The notes below the pieces were generated by a model. It ran no database searches, had not been told where the DNA came from, and saw only the letters and a list, made by a program, of their open reading frames with translations. A stretch of DNA of 64,000 nt from Escherichia coli (lineage in GTDB: Bacteria > Pseudomonadota > Gammaproteobacteria > Enterobacterales > Enterobacteriaceae), in the NCBI RefSeq assembly GCF_003334305.1, contig NZ_QOWS01000026.1; one strand, written 5' to 3'. Below, piece after piece: positions 13,343 through 24,318 of this stretch (position 1 is the first letter of the stretch; each line of letters opens with the position of its first letter). The position numbers and the translations under genes are program-made.

Positions 13343-15090
13343 TGCTAAACGAACGCCAGTTAAAGATTGTCGATCTGCTGGAGCAACAGCCGCGCACGCC
13401 TGGTGAGCTGGCGCAACAGACTGGCGTTTCAGGCAGGACCATCCTGCGTGATATTGACTATCTCAACTTTACCCTTAACGGCAAAGCCCGCATTTCCGCC
13501 AGTGGTAGTGCGGGCTATCAGCTGGAAATCTTCGAGCGCCGCAGCTTTTTTCAGTTGCTGCAAAAGCACGATAACGACGATCGGCTGCTGGCACTGTTAT
13601 TACTGAATACCTTTACTCCCCGTGCGCAACTCGCCTCGGCGCTTAATTTGCCAGAAACGTGGGTCGCAGAGCGTCTGCCCCGGTTAAAACAGCGTTATGA
13701 ACGCGCTTGTTGCCTGGCCAGCCGCCCCGGTTTGGGCCATTTCATTGATGAGACAGAAGAGAAGCGCGTTATCTTGCTGGCGAACTTGCTGCGCAAAGAT
13801 CCGTTTTTAATTCCGCTGGCGGGCGTAACACGAGACAACCTTCAGCATTTATCCACGGCCTGCGACAACCAACACCGCTGGCCGCTCATGCAGGGTGATT
13901 ATCTCTCCAGCCTGATTCTGGCGATTTACGCCCTGCGTAATCAACTGACCGATGAGTGGCCGCAATATCCCGGTGACGAGATAAAACAAATCGTTGAACA
14001 TAGCGGTCTGTTTCTTGGTGATAACGCTGTAAGAACCCTGACAGGTTTGATAGAGAAACAGCATCAGCAAGCGCAGATAATTTCTGCCGATAATGTGCAG
14101 CGGTTGCTGCAAAGGGTGCCGGGCATCGCGTCATTGAATATTATTGATACGCAGCTGGTTGAGAACATTACCGGGCATTTATTACGTTGCCTTGCCGCAC
14201 CGGTGTGGATTGCTGAGCACCGCCAAAGCAGCATGAATAACCTGAAAGCCGCCTGGCCTGCGGCCTTTGATATGAGTCTGCACTTTATTACGCTACTGCG
14301 TGAACAGCTCGATATTCCCCTTTTCGACAGCGATCTGATCGGTTTGTATTTTGCCTGTGCGCTGGAACGGCATCAAAACGAACGCCAGCCGATCATTTTG
14401 CTCTCGGACCAGAACGCGATTGCCACTATTAATCAGCTCGCCATTGAGCGCGATGTTTTACATTGTCGGGTGATTATTGCCCGTAGCTTAAGCGAACTTG
14501 TTGCCATTCGCGAAGAGATTGAGCCGTTATTGATCATTAACAACAGCCATTATTTACTGGATGACGCGGTAAATAATTACATCACCGTAAAAAATATCAT
14601 TACGGCTGCCGGTATCGAACAAATAAAACATTTTCTGGCGACGGCATTTATTCGCCAACAGCCGGAGCGTTTTTTCTCTGCCCCCGGAAGTTTTCATTAT
14701 TCGAATGTACGCGGTGAAAGCTGGCAACATATTACCCGGCAAATTTGTGCGCAATTAGTCGCACAACACCATATTACCGCCGATGAAGCACAACGCATCA
14801 TCGCCCGCGAAGGCGAAGGTGAAAACCTGATTGTTAATCGCCTCGCCATCCCACATTGCTGGAGCGAACAGGAGCGACGTTTTCGTGGATTTTTTATTAC
14901 CCTCGCCCAACCAGTTGAGGTGAATAACGAAGTCATTAACCATGTCTTGATCGCCTGCGCCGCCGCCGATGCGCGTCATGAGCTAAAAATATTTAGCTAT
15001 CTGGCAAGCGTATTGTGTCAGCATCCGGCAGAGGTTATTGCCGGGTTAACAGGATATGAGGCATTTATGGAGTTACTTCACAAGGGGTGA
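13342..15090 (+). CDS. frvR: frv operon transcriptional regulator
   Basis: 582 aa ORF MLNERQLKIVDLLEQQPRTPGELAQQTGVSGRTILRDIDYL..., N-terminal HTH; start overlaps frvX stop (TAATG). Confidence 0.92.
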   Translation: MLNERQLKIVDLLEQQPRTPGELAQQTGVSGRTILRDIDYLNFTLNGKARISASGSAGYQLEIFERRSFFQLLQKHDNDDRLLALLLLNTFTPRAQLASALNLPETWVAERLPRLKQRYERACCLASRPGLGHFIDETEEKRVILLANLLRKDPFLIPLAGVTRDNLQHLSTACDNQHRWPLMQGDYLSSLILAIYALRNQLTDEWPQYPGDEIKQIVEHSGLFLGDNAVRTLTGLIEKQHQQAQIISADNVQRLLQRVPGIASLNIIDTQLVENITGHLLRCLAAPVWIAEHRQSSMNNLKAAWPAAFDMSLHFITLLREQLDIPLFDSDLIGLYFACALERHQNERQPIILLSDQNAIATINQLAIERDVLHCRVIIARSLSELVAIREEIEPLLIINNSHYLLDDAVNNYITVKNIITAAGIEQIKHFLATAFIRQQPERFFSAPGSFHYSNVRGESWQHITRQICAQLVAQHHITADEAQRIIAREGEGENLIVNRLAIPHCWSEQERRFRGFFITLAQPVEVNNEVINHVLIACAAADARHELKIFSYLASVLCQHPAEVIAGLTGYEAFMELLHKG

Positions 15091-15091
15091 A

Positions 15092-15120
15092 CTGTGTCGG
15101 ATGCGCCGCATCCGACACTG
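15092..15120. terminator. Bidirectional terminator hairpin between convergent frvR and yiiG
   Basis: Perfect inverted repeat gtgtcggatgcg/cgcatccgacac immediately after frvR stop and before yiiG stop. Confidence 0.6.
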
Positions 15121-15139
15121 CATTTATCATCAAAAACGT

Positions 15140-16180
15140 TTAACGCAGGCTATTATAGTCATCAACCATTTCGTTGTACTCGCGTAATGCTCTCGGGAAA
15201 GAGTCGTCGACCATCCAGCTTGAGTTTGCGTCCTGCAGTTGCTCTTTATCCCAGTCAGAGTACGGGACTTTATCTCTGACGCGGCGAACGTATTTTTTAG
15301 CCTCGAGTTGATACTGGCCTGCCGAATTAATAAACGAGAAATTCATGCCGCCTTTATCCGCTTCTTTGGCCTGCGCCACCAGCGTTTCCAGTTCAGACAC
15401 TTTCTTCATTGCCGCTTCTGCATCAAACTTATCTTGCGATATCAGGTTATTAATTTGTTTCGCTGAAATCATGACTGCCAGAGAGTAATAGTGGAATGTT
15501 TTCCCTTCTCTTTCTTCAATATTTTTCAGTTCCGCAAGCTGGCGCTTATCGTTAATTTCCTGAATCGCCGCATGATAAGATTCTGCTACAGGTTCAAAGG
15601 CTTCCAGATTTTTTAAGAATGTCTGGTGCAGCGTTTTCCCTTTCGCAAACGCATCGTCTTTATAATTTTCCTGGGTGTAATATTTATCCATTTCGTTAAT
15701 GGTATTACCCAACGCCACGGCAGCATCGATATAACTCACCGCCACGCCATCAATTGGTTGCAGCGCAGGCGTTAACGCCACAGCACTTTTTACGCCTTTT
15801 TCACACTCAGCGAGGTTGGATTCACTAATGCCGTAGATGCCATAAACAGTACGCTCTTCACCGGTAGGCCCCTGTTTAAAATCTTTCAGCCAGTCAGCAT
15901 AACGCGCCAGACTGCTCTGTACAGGGATCTGTAACTTGTTATAGCACTTGATATAGACATCCATTTTTTCGTCGAAAACCGCTTGTTCATCGACCACCGG
16001 TTGCGCAGGTGTTTCAGGTTTAGCTTCTGCTTTTGCAACGGGAGCTTCAGGAGCTGGTGCGGCAGGTTGACTATTGGCAGGCGGGGGCGTTTCTGTTTCG
16101 GCTTTTTTATCATCACAACCCGTCAGACCGAGGGCCATGATGGCGACTATAATAGCGGAAGATAATAAATTCCTTTTCAT
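15140..16180 (-). CDS. yiiG: DUF3829-type lipoprotein YiiG
   Basis: 346 aa ORF MKRNLLSSAIIVAIMALGLTGCDDKK...; lipobox LTGC, then a Pro/Ala-rich linker. Confidence 0.9.
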   Translation of the reverse strand: MKRNLLSSAIIVAIMALGLTGCDDKKAETETPPPANSQPAAPAPEAPVAKAEAKPETPAQPVVDEQAVFDEKMDVYIKCYNKLQIPVQSSLARYADWLKDFKQGPTGEERTVYGIYGISESNLAECEKGVKSAVALTPALQPIDGVAVSYIDAAVALGNTINEMDKYYTQENYKDDAFAKGKTLHQTFLKNLEAFEPVAESYHAAIQEINDKRQLAELKNIEEREGKTFHYYSLAVMISAKQINNLISQDKFDAEAAMKKVSELETLVAQAKEADKGGMNFSFINSAGQYQLEAKKYVRRVRDKVPYSDWDKEQLQDANSSWMVDDSFPRALREYNEMVDDYNSLR

Positions 16181-16288
16181 TTAATTGCCTTATAAATATA
16201 TAGATAAGAGAATGAACATAATAAATGAAAAAAGAAAACACCACTACACGCGTTTTATTTATAAATAAAATAATAAAATTCACGAAAT

Positions 16289-16332
16289 GAATAAGTCCTG
16301 CAATTTAATATATATCGCAGGACTTATTTTAA
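16289..16332 (-). terminator. fdhD terminator hairpin
   Basis: Inverted repeat aataagtcctgc/gcaggacttatt with AT-rich flanks directly downstream of fdhD stop. Confidence 0.5.
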
Positions 16333-17166
16333 TTAATTGCTCAAACGCTGCGGATGGGTATAAACCGTTGCCCGACCCGGTTTACAAAAACCTACCAGTG
16401 TCAGATTACAGCGCTCAGCCACTTCTACAGCAAGCGTGGTCGCGGCAGACACCGCAAACAAAATCTCTACGCCGCACATCGCCGACTTTTGCACCATTTC
16501 ATAACTGGCACGACTGGAAACCAGTACCGCACCTTGCTGCCAGCTTTCCCCTTCTTGTGACCGGCGGCCTAACAGTTTGTCCAGCGCCACATGGCGACCC
16601 ACATCTTCATGCCCGCCGACCAGTTCGCCAGATGGCAACATCCAGGCAGCGGCGTGAGTACAACCAGTCAGTTGCCCCACTGGCTGAAAATCGTTGAGAT
16701 GACGTAATGCATCATCCAGTTTGTTGAGATCAAACGTCTGGGTGAACGGTAGCGGCTGCACCGGTTTTCCGATGTCATTAAGTTGCTCCACGCCGCATAC
16801 GCCACAGCCCGTACGTCCCGCCAGCGCCCGGCGGCGCTCCTTCAACCCCATAAAGCGGCGGCTGGAAAGCTCAATTTGTACTTCAAGACCATTACAGGAA
16901 GGAACGACATCCATGCCGAAGATATCGCGCGGACTTTCTATTATCCCCTCGGAAAGCGAAAAACCGAGCGCAAAGTACTCAAGGTCTTTGGGCGACGCCA
17001 TCATCACCACATGCGAAATGCCGTTGTAGACCAGCGCAACGGGAACTTCTTCCGCGACCTCATCTAACCGTGGGTGTTGTAAATCATCACGCCGCCATAA
17101 CTCAATTTGACGAACACCTGTGATATTTGTCACATTTTCGATTTCTTTTCGCTGTGTTTTTTTCAC
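16333..17166 (-). CDS. fdhD: Formate dehydrogenase accessory sulfurtransferase
   Basis: 277 aa [31 protein letters not shown]..., recognised as FdhD. Confidence 0.95.
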
Positions 17167-17359
17167 TTTCTCTTAACCGGATAAGAACACACACACCAAC
17201 ATTATAGTATTCTGTTACAAACCCTTCCTGGATGGAGGGAAATTGAGCCAATTCTGGACCTTTGCGGCCCCTTCCGCAAAGAAAAATAACTCCCACTCCC
17301 TGCACACGCAGCAAGCGAATGTAAATGGGACGTGACAATGTCGAAACAAGGAGCAATCC

Positions 17360-20300
17360 ATGCAGGTCAGCAGAAGGCAGTTCTTTAAGATCTGCGCTGG
17401 CGGTATGGCAGGCACCACGGCAGCGGCACTGGGTTTTGCACCCAGCGTAGCGCTCGCGGAAACCCGGCAGTATAAACTGCTGCGCACCCGCGAAACCCGT
17501 AATACCTGCACCTATTGTTCCGTAGGCTGTGGGCTGTTGATGTACAGCCTCGGTGACGGAGCAAAAAACGCCAAAGCATCTATCTTCCATATCGAAGGCG
17601 ATCCGGATCACCCGGTCAACCGCGGTGCACTTTGTCCGAAAGGCGCTGGCCTGGTGGATTTCATCCACTCCGAAAGCCGTCTGAAGTTTCCGGAATACCG
17701 TGCGCCAGGTTCTGATAAATGGCAGCAAATCAGTTGGGAAGAGGCGTTTGATCGCATCGCCAAACTGATGAAAGAAGACCGCGATGCTAACTACATTGCG
17801 CAAAACGCCGAAGGCGTGACTGTTAACCGCTGGCTCTCCACCGGGATGCTGTGTGCTTCCGCGTCGAGTAACGAAACCGGCTATTTAACGCAAAAATTCT
17901 CCCGCGCGCTGGGTATGCTCGCGGTCGACAACCAGGCGCGTGTCTGACACGGACCAACGGTAGCAAGTCTTGCTCCAACATTTGGTCGCGGTGCGATGAC
18001 CAACCACTGGGTCGACATCAAGAACGCCAACCTCGTCGTGGTGATGGGCGGTAACGCCGCTGAAGCTCACCCGGTCGGGTTCCGCTGGGCGATGGAAGCC
18101 AAAATTCACAACGGCGCGAAGCTGATTGTGATCGATCCTCGCTTTACGCGTACGGCGGCGGTAGCTGACTACTATGCCCCTATTCGTTCCGGTACTGACA
18201 TTGCTTTCCTGTCAGGCGTATTGCTGTACCTGCTGAACAATGAAAAATTCAACCGCGAATACACCGAAGCCTATACCAACGCAAGCCTGATAGTGCGTGA
18301 GGATTACGGCTTTGAAGATGGCCTGTTCACCGGCTACGACGCGGAAAAACGCAAGTACGATAAATCCTCCTGGACTTATGAACTGGACGAAAACGGCTTC
18401 GCCAAACGCGATACCACGCTGCAACATCCGCGCTGCGTGTGGAACTTGCTGAAACAGCACGTTTCCCGCTACACGCCAGATGTGGTTGAAAACATCTGTG
18501 GTACGCCAAAAGACGCGTTCCTGAAAGTCTGCGAATACATCGCAGAAACCAGTGCTCACGATAAAACTGCCTCGTTCCTCTATGCCCTCGGCTGGACGCA
18601 ACACTCCGTTGGTGCGCAAAACATTCGTACGATGGCGATGATCCAGCTGCTGCTCGGCAATATGGGGATGGCCGGCGGCGGCGTTAACGCCCTGCGCGGT
18701 CACTCCAATATTCAGGGGCTGACGGACCTGGGGCTGCTGTCGCAGAGTCTGCCAGGTTACATGACGCTGCCAAGCGAGAAGCAGACCGATCTGCAAACCT
18801 ACCTTACCGCCAACACGCCAAAACCGCTGCTGGAAGGCCAGGTAAACTACTGGGGCAACTACCCGAAATTCTTCGTCTCTATGATGAAGGCCTTCTTTGG
18901 TGATAAAGCGACGGCGGAAAATAGCTGGGGCTTTGACTGGTTGCCGAAGTGGGATAAAGGCTACGACGTCCTGCAATACTTCGAGATGATGAAAGAAGGC
19001 AAGGTCAATGGCTATATCTGCCAGGGCTTTAACCCTGTTGCCTCATTCCCGAACAAAAACAAAGTGATCGGTTGTCTGTCGAAACTGAAGTTCCTCGTCA
19101 CCATCGACCCGCTGAACACTGAAACCTCTAACTTCTGGCAGAACCACGGTGAGCTGAACGAAGTTGACTCGTCGAAGATCCAGACCGAAGTGTTCCGTCT
19201 GCCATCGACCTGCTTCGCAGAAGAGAACGGTTCAATCGTTAACTCAGGTCGCTGGTTGCAGTGGCACTGGAAAGGTGCGGACGCCCCGGGGATTGCGCTG
19301 ACTGATGGCGAGATCCTCTCCGGTATCTTCCTGCGCTTGCGCAAGATGTATGCCGAACAGGGTGGCGCGAACCCGGACCAGGTGCTGAACATGACCTGGA
19401 ACTACGCCATTCCGCATGAGCCGAAGTCGGAAGAAGTAGCGATGGAGAGCAACGGTAAGGCGCTGGCCGATATTACCGATCCGGCAACCGGTGCGGTTAT
19501 CGTCAAGAAAGGCCAACAACTTAGCTCGTTCGCCCAATTGCGCGATGACGGTACAACCTCCTGTGGCTGCTGGATTTTCGCCGGTAGCTGGACGCCGGAA
19601 GGCAACCAGATGGCGCGTCGTGATAACGCCGATCCGTCTGGCCTCGGTAACACGCTGGGCTGGGCATGGGCATGGCCGCTTAACCGCCGCATTCTGTATA
19701 ACCGCGCCTCCGCAGATCCGCAGGGTAACCCGTGGGATCCGAAGCGTCAGTTGCTGAAATGGGACGGCACTAAGTGGACCGGCTGGGATATTCCGGACTA
19801 CAGCGCAGCGCCTCCGGGTAGCGGCGTCGGGCCGTTTATCATGCAGCAGGAAGGCATGGGGCGTCTGTTTGCCCTCGATAAGATGGCGGAAGGTCCGTTC
19901 CCGGAACACTACGAGCCGTTTGAAACGCCGCTGGGAACTAACCCGCTGCATCCAAACGTTATCTCGAACCCGGCTGCACGTATCTTTAAAGACGACGCCG
20001 AAGCATTGGGTAAAGCCGATAAGTTCCCGTATGTCGGAACCACCTATCGTCTGACCGAGCATTTCCACTACTGGACCAAACACGCGCTGTTGAACGCGAT
20101 TTTGCAACCAGAGCAGTTTGTGGAAATCGGGGAGTCGCTGGCGAATAAACTTGGCATTGCCCAGGGCGATACCGTGAAAGTCTCCTCCAACCGTGGCTAT
20201 ATCAAGGCCAAAGCGGTGGTGACCAAACGTATTCGTACACTGAAAGTGAACGGCAAAGATATCGATACCATCGGTATTCCGATTCACTGGGGCTATGAAG

Positions 20301-20410
20301 GCGTAGCTAAAAAAGGCTTTATTGCCAATACGTTAACGCCATTCGTTGGTGATGCGAACACGCAGACGCCGGAGTTTAAGTCCTTCCTTGTGAATGTGGA
20401 AAAGGTGTAA
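17360..20410 (+). CDS. fdoG: Formate dehydrogenase-O catalytic subunit (selenoprotein; in-frame UGA at 17945..17947 read as Sec)
   Basis: ORF track shows 17360..17947 and 17996..20410 in the same frame, split only by TGA; flanking residues ..VDNQARV-U-HGPTVASLAPTFGRG.. match the Sec site of FdoG; twin-arginine signal SRRQFFK at N-terminus. Confidence 0.95.
17945..17990 (+). other. UGA-Sec codon and putative SECIS hairpin
   Basis: In-frame TGA followed by a short hairpin (gcaag/cttgc) within the ~40 nt window where bacterial SECIS elements lie. Confidence 0.65.
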
Positions 20411-20422
20411 CGGAGACGACAT

Positions 20423-21325
20423 ATGGCTTATCAATCTCAAGATATCATTCGTCGTTCCGCGACTAACGGTCTGACCCCCGCGCCTCAGGCGCGGGACTTC
20501 CAGGAAGAAGTGGCGAAACTCATCGACGTCACCACCTGTATCGGCTGTAAAGCCTGTCAGGTGGCGTGTTCAGAGTGGAACGACATTCGCGATACCGTCG
20601 GCAATAACATTGGGGTGTACGACAACCCCAATGATTTAAGCGCCAAATCGTGGACGGTAATGCGCTTCTCGGAAGTGGAGCAGAACGACAAACTGGAATG
20701 GCTGATCCGCAAAGACGGCTGTATGCACTGTTCCGATCCAGGCTGCCTGAAAGCGTGCCCGGCGGAAGGTGCAATTATTCAGTATGCCAACGGTATCGTC
20801 GACTTCCAGTCCGAGCAGTGCATTGGCTGCGGTTATTGCATTGCGGGCTGTCCGTTCGACATTCCGCGCCTCAACCCGGAAGACAACCGCGTCTACAAAT
20901 GTACGCTGTGCGTTGACCGCGTGGTGGTTGGGCAAGAACCAGCCTGCGTGAAGACCTGCCCAACGGGCGCGATTCACTTCGGTACGAAAGAGTCGATGAA
21001 AACGCTGGCGAGCGAGCGCGTTGCTGAGCTGAAAACCCGCGGTTACGACAATGCGGGTCTGTACGATCCGGCAGGCGTCGGTGGTACACACGTCATGTAC
21101 GTGCTGCACCATGCTGACAAGCCAAATCTGTATCATGGCTTGCCGGAGAACCCGGAAATCAGCGAAACCGTGAAATTCTGGAAAGGCATCTGGAAACCGC
21201 TCGCGGCTGTTGGCTTTGCGGCTACCTTTGCGGCCAGTATCTTCCACTACGTGGGTGTCGGTCCGAACCGTGCGGATGAGGAAGAGAATAATCTGCACGA
21301 AGAGAAAGACGAGGAGCGCAAATGA
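20423..21325 (+). CDS. fdoH: Formate dehydrogenase-O iron-sulfur subunit
   Basis: 300 aa ORF with multiple CxxCxxCxxxCP ferredoxin motifs and a C-terminal TM anchor. Confidence 0.95.
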
Positions 21326-21957
21326 AACGACGTGACACCATCGTGCGCTACACCGCGCCGGAACGTATCAACCACTGGATCACCGCCTTCTGCTTCATCC
21401 TGGCGGCGGTGAGCGGGCTGGGCTTTTTGTTCCCGTCCTTCAACTGGTTGATGCAAATCATGGGCACACCGCAGCTGGCGCGAATTCTGCACCCGTTTGT
21501 CGGCGTGGTTATGTTTGCCTCGTTCATCATCATGTTTTTCCGTTACTGGCATCACAACCTAATCAATCGGGATGATATCTTTTGGGCGAAGAATATTCGT
21601 AAGATCGTCGTCAACGAGGAAGTAGGTGACACCGGGCGTTATAACTTCGGTCAGAAATGCGTTTTCTGGGCGGCGATTATTTTCCTGGTTCTGCTGCTGG
21701 TGAGCGGCGTGATTATCTGGCGTCCTTATTTTGCGCCTGCTTTCTCAATCCCGGTGATCCGATTCGCGTTAATGCTGCATTCATTTGCCGCAGTGGCGTT
21801 AATTGTGGTTATCATGGTGCATATCTACGCCGCCCTTTGGGTGAAAGGCACGATTACCGCCATGGTGGAAGGATGGGTTACCAGCGCCTGGGCGAAGAAA
21901 CATCACCCGCGCTGGTACCGTGAGGTCCGCAAGACAACGGAAAAGAAAGCTGAATGA
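21322..21957 (+). CDS. fdoI: Formate dehydrogenase-O cytochrome b556 subunit
   Basis: 211 aa polytopic membrane [26 protein letters not shown]...; ATGA overlap with fdoH. Confidence 0.95.
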
Positions 21958-22883
21958 GTATTCGCATAATCCCGCAAGATGAGCTGGGTTCAAGCGAGAA
22001 ACGTACGGCGGATATGATTCCGCCGTTATTGTTCCCTCGGCTCAAGAATTTATACAACCGCCGCGCCGAGCGTCTGCGCGAGCTGGCAGAAAATAATCCG
22101 CTGGGTGATTACCTGCGCTTTGCTGCGCTTATCGCCCACGCCCAGGAAGTGGTGCTGTACGACCATCCGCTGGAGATGGATCTGACCGCGCGCATTAAAG
22201 AAGCCAGCGCACAGGGCAAGCCCCCGCTGGATATTCACGTTCTGCCGCGTGATAAGCACTGGCAAAAGCTGCTGATGGCGCTGATTGCTGAGCTGAAACC
22301 TGAAATGAGCGGCCCGGCGCTGGCAGTGATTGAGAATCTGGAGAAGGCATCGACTCAGGAGCTGGAAGATATGGCCAGCGCACTGTTTGCCTCTGATTTC
22401 TCATCCGTCAGCAGCGATAAAGCGCCGTTTATCTGGGCTGCACTGTCGCTCTACTGGGCGCAGATGGCCAATCTGATCCCCGGCAAAGCCCGCGCTGAAT
22501 ACGGCGAGCAACGTCAATATTGCCCGGTTTGTGGTTCTATGCCGGTGTCCAGCATGGTGCAAATTGGCACCACTCAGGGTCTGCGTTACCTGCACTGCAA
22601 CCTGTGTGAAACCGAATGGCACGTAGTGCGCGTAAAATGCAGCAACTGCGAGCAGAGCGGCAAACTGCATTACTGGTCGCTGGATGACGAACAGGCCGCG
22701 ATTAAAGCCGAAAGCTGCGATGACTGTGGCACTTACCTGAAGATTCTTTATCAGGAAAAAGAACCGAAAGTTGAAGCCGTGGCAGATGACCTCGCTTCTC
22801 TGGTACTGGACGCGCGAATGGAGCAAGAAGGCTATGCCCGCAGTTCCATCAACCCGTTCCTGTTTCCGGGTGAAGGGGAGTAA
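21954..22883 (+). CDS. fdhE: Formate dehydrogenase formation protein FdhE
   Basis: 309 aa ORF with paired CxxC motifs; ATGA overlap with fdoI. Confidence 0.95.
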   Translation: MSIRIIPQDELGSSEKRTADMIPPLLFPRLKNLYNRRAERLRELAENNPLGDYLRFAALIAHAQEVVLYDHPLEMDLTARIKEASAQGKPPLDIHVLPRDKHWQKLLMALIAELKPEMSGPALAVIENLEKASTQELEDMASALFASDFSSVSSDKAPFIWAALSLYWAQMANLIPGKARAEYGEQRQYCPVCGSMPVSSMVQIGTTQGLRYLHCNLCETEWHVVRVKCSNCEQSGKLHYWSLDDEQAAIKAESCDDCGTYLKILYQEKEPKVEAVADDLASLVLDARMEQEGYARSSINPFLFPGEGE

Positions 22884-23127
22884 TCTCTGACGTTTTCCGG
22901 GTGGCGCTGGTCGCCCGGATTACAGCTCATAGGGTGTGACGACACCATCTCTCGTATTCCGCGTTACCCATTCAAGATCATGCCGCAATTGTCTGTTTGC
23001 CTCGTTCTTCCCTCCAACACATCGATAAGGTTATGGGTATGTCACTGATGACAAGCGTATGATTGCCTGATGCGCTGCGCTTATCAGCCCTACCAATAAA
23101 CTTCAATATATTGAATTTGCATGACTT

Positions 23128-23161
23128 TGTAGGCCGGATAAGGCGTTCACGCCGCATCCGG
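23128..23161. repeat. REP element
   Basis: gtaggccggataaggcgttcacgccgcatccggc, between convergent fdhE and yiiF. Confidence 0.75.
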
Positions 23162-23212
23162 CATGAACAACGCGCACGTTGTCAGCAATCTGATTGACAT
23201 CATTTTTTCCCA

Positions 23213-23431
23213 TTACCATTCCTCGCGCAGCTTACGCTGATATTCGACACCATCTTCCTCACACCCTTGCCAGATGCCAGGAACACTGGTTCTTGCTGTT
23301 TGCGATTGATTTATCAGGTATTGATCTACCGCTTCCCTTAATAGGTCCGCACGAGGAAGATTACGCTGCACCTCGAGATCATCAAGTTGCTTAATCACCT
23401 CATTCGATAAATCGAGTAAAATTCTGCCCAT
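23213..23431 (-). CDS. yiiF: Ribbon-helix-helix (CopG-like) small protein YiiF
   Basis: 72 aa from ATG 23431 ([39 protein letters not shown]...); the in-frame ATG at 23455 is an alternative start. Confidence 0.8.
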
Positions 23432-23540
23432 ATCTATACCTGCCAGAGAGTTCATAAATATCTCGCCAATATCATTTTTGAATCTATGGAGAGAAAAGTA
23501 CCCTTGCCGAATCTTTAAAGAAAGCTCATTTACGCATCAT

Positions 23541-23590
23541 TTTTTATTTTTGCGAGGCGTTTTCCAGATACGATGTAACAGTTGCAGTTA
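23541..23590 (-). repeat. Conserved upstream element, copy 1 (before yiiF)
   Basis: Core tttgcgaggcgttttccaga at 23549..23568 (plus strand); shares an extended ~45 bp match with copy 2, including gttgcagtt. Confidence 0.6.
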
Positions 23591-23673
23591 TTATAAGTTC
23601 AAGTAAAACAGCCTTGTATTAATACCAGAATAAGGGCATCTGTTTTTTTATATTCAAGAATGAAAAATTTTTT

Positions 23674-23892
23674 TCATTCCTTATGCTCCTTACACTGATC
23701 ATCAACACCAACTGTCTCACCCCTTTGCCTGCCTCTCTTTGCTTTACGCACCGGAAATTGCTGCCGCTCCAGATATTGCTCAACCGCTTCGCGTAAAATT
23801 GCAGATCGTGAAACCTTACGCCAGCCCCGAAGCTTGTTCAGCCGTTTAATTGCCTCTTCTGATAAATGAAGAAAAACCGTATTCATCGCCAT
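23674..23892 (-). CDS. yiiE: Ribbon-helix-helix (CopG-like) small protein YiiE
   Basis: 72 aa from ATG 23892 (MAMNTVFLHLSEEAIKRLNKLRGWRKVSRSAILREAVEQYL...) with AAGGTGG SD 5 nt upstream. Confidence 0.85.
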   Translation of the reverse strand: MAMNTVFLHLSEEAIKRLNKLRGWRKVSRSAILREAVEQYLERQQFPVRKAKRGRQRGETVGVDDQCKEHKE

Positions 23893-23979
23893 TACCACCA
23901 CCTTACATATATTACTCATTAATGTATGTGCGAAAATTACGCCGGAAAATCATTTAAAAAAAGCGGATTTTTGCATGTT

Positions 23980-24029
23980 GTTTTGTTTTTGCGAGGTGTT
24001 TTCCAGAAATAATAAGAGTGTTGCAGTTG
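23980..24029 (-). repeat. Conserved upstream element, copy 2 (before yiiE)
   Basis: Core tttgcgaggtgttttccaga at 23988..24007, then gttgcagtt at 24020..24028. Confidence 0.6.
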
Positions 24030-24318
24030 TTTCATTTATTACTCAAAAATGGTTTAGTTATCGCCCAGGATGAGTTATGGATGCTATGAATATATTATAT
24101 TCAGGGATGTTTATTTTTTGATTGGATCTTTATTTGCATAATCTGAATGGTGTACCCGAAAAATGTCAGCATCCTAACAGCACCCGGATTTAAGGTGAAA
24201 TTAATCATCCATCACAGACCGGTCAGTACTGCCACCAACCGGTCTTTACTTGTTCATCGTTATAATTTTGTTGGTAACAGTTCGGGAAACAAGGAATTCC
24301 TTCCGGAACCCCCCGGTA

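Noticed and set aside
16287-16697. 136-aa plus-strand ORF overlapping the 3' end of fdhD
   Set aside because: Antisense to fdhD, starts within the fdhD terminator hairpin; no support.
17948-17995. Apparent truncation of fdoG (ORF ends at 17947, next ORF starts 17996)
   Set aside because: Same reading frame on both sides of a single TGA at the known selenocysteine position; interpreted as Sec recoding, not a pseudogene.
19244-20287. 347-aa minus-strand ORF inside fdoG, and similar long antisense ORFs inside typA (45309..46052), yihQ (36413..37258), polA (57049..57540) and hemN (51629..52213)
   Set aside because: All overlap well-supported genes on the opposite strand and show antisense-frame composition; treated as spurious.
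23456-23540. Tiny ORFs (4-8 codons) directly downstream of the conserved element copies 1 and 2
   Set aside because: Too short and not conserved between the two copies; likely chance.
23549-23568. Conserved element as a plus-strand sigma-70 promoter (TTGCGA as -35)
   Set aside because: No convincing -10 hexamer at 16-18 bp spacing in any of the three copies, and it would drive antisense transcription; the minus-strand reading fits better but remains unproven.
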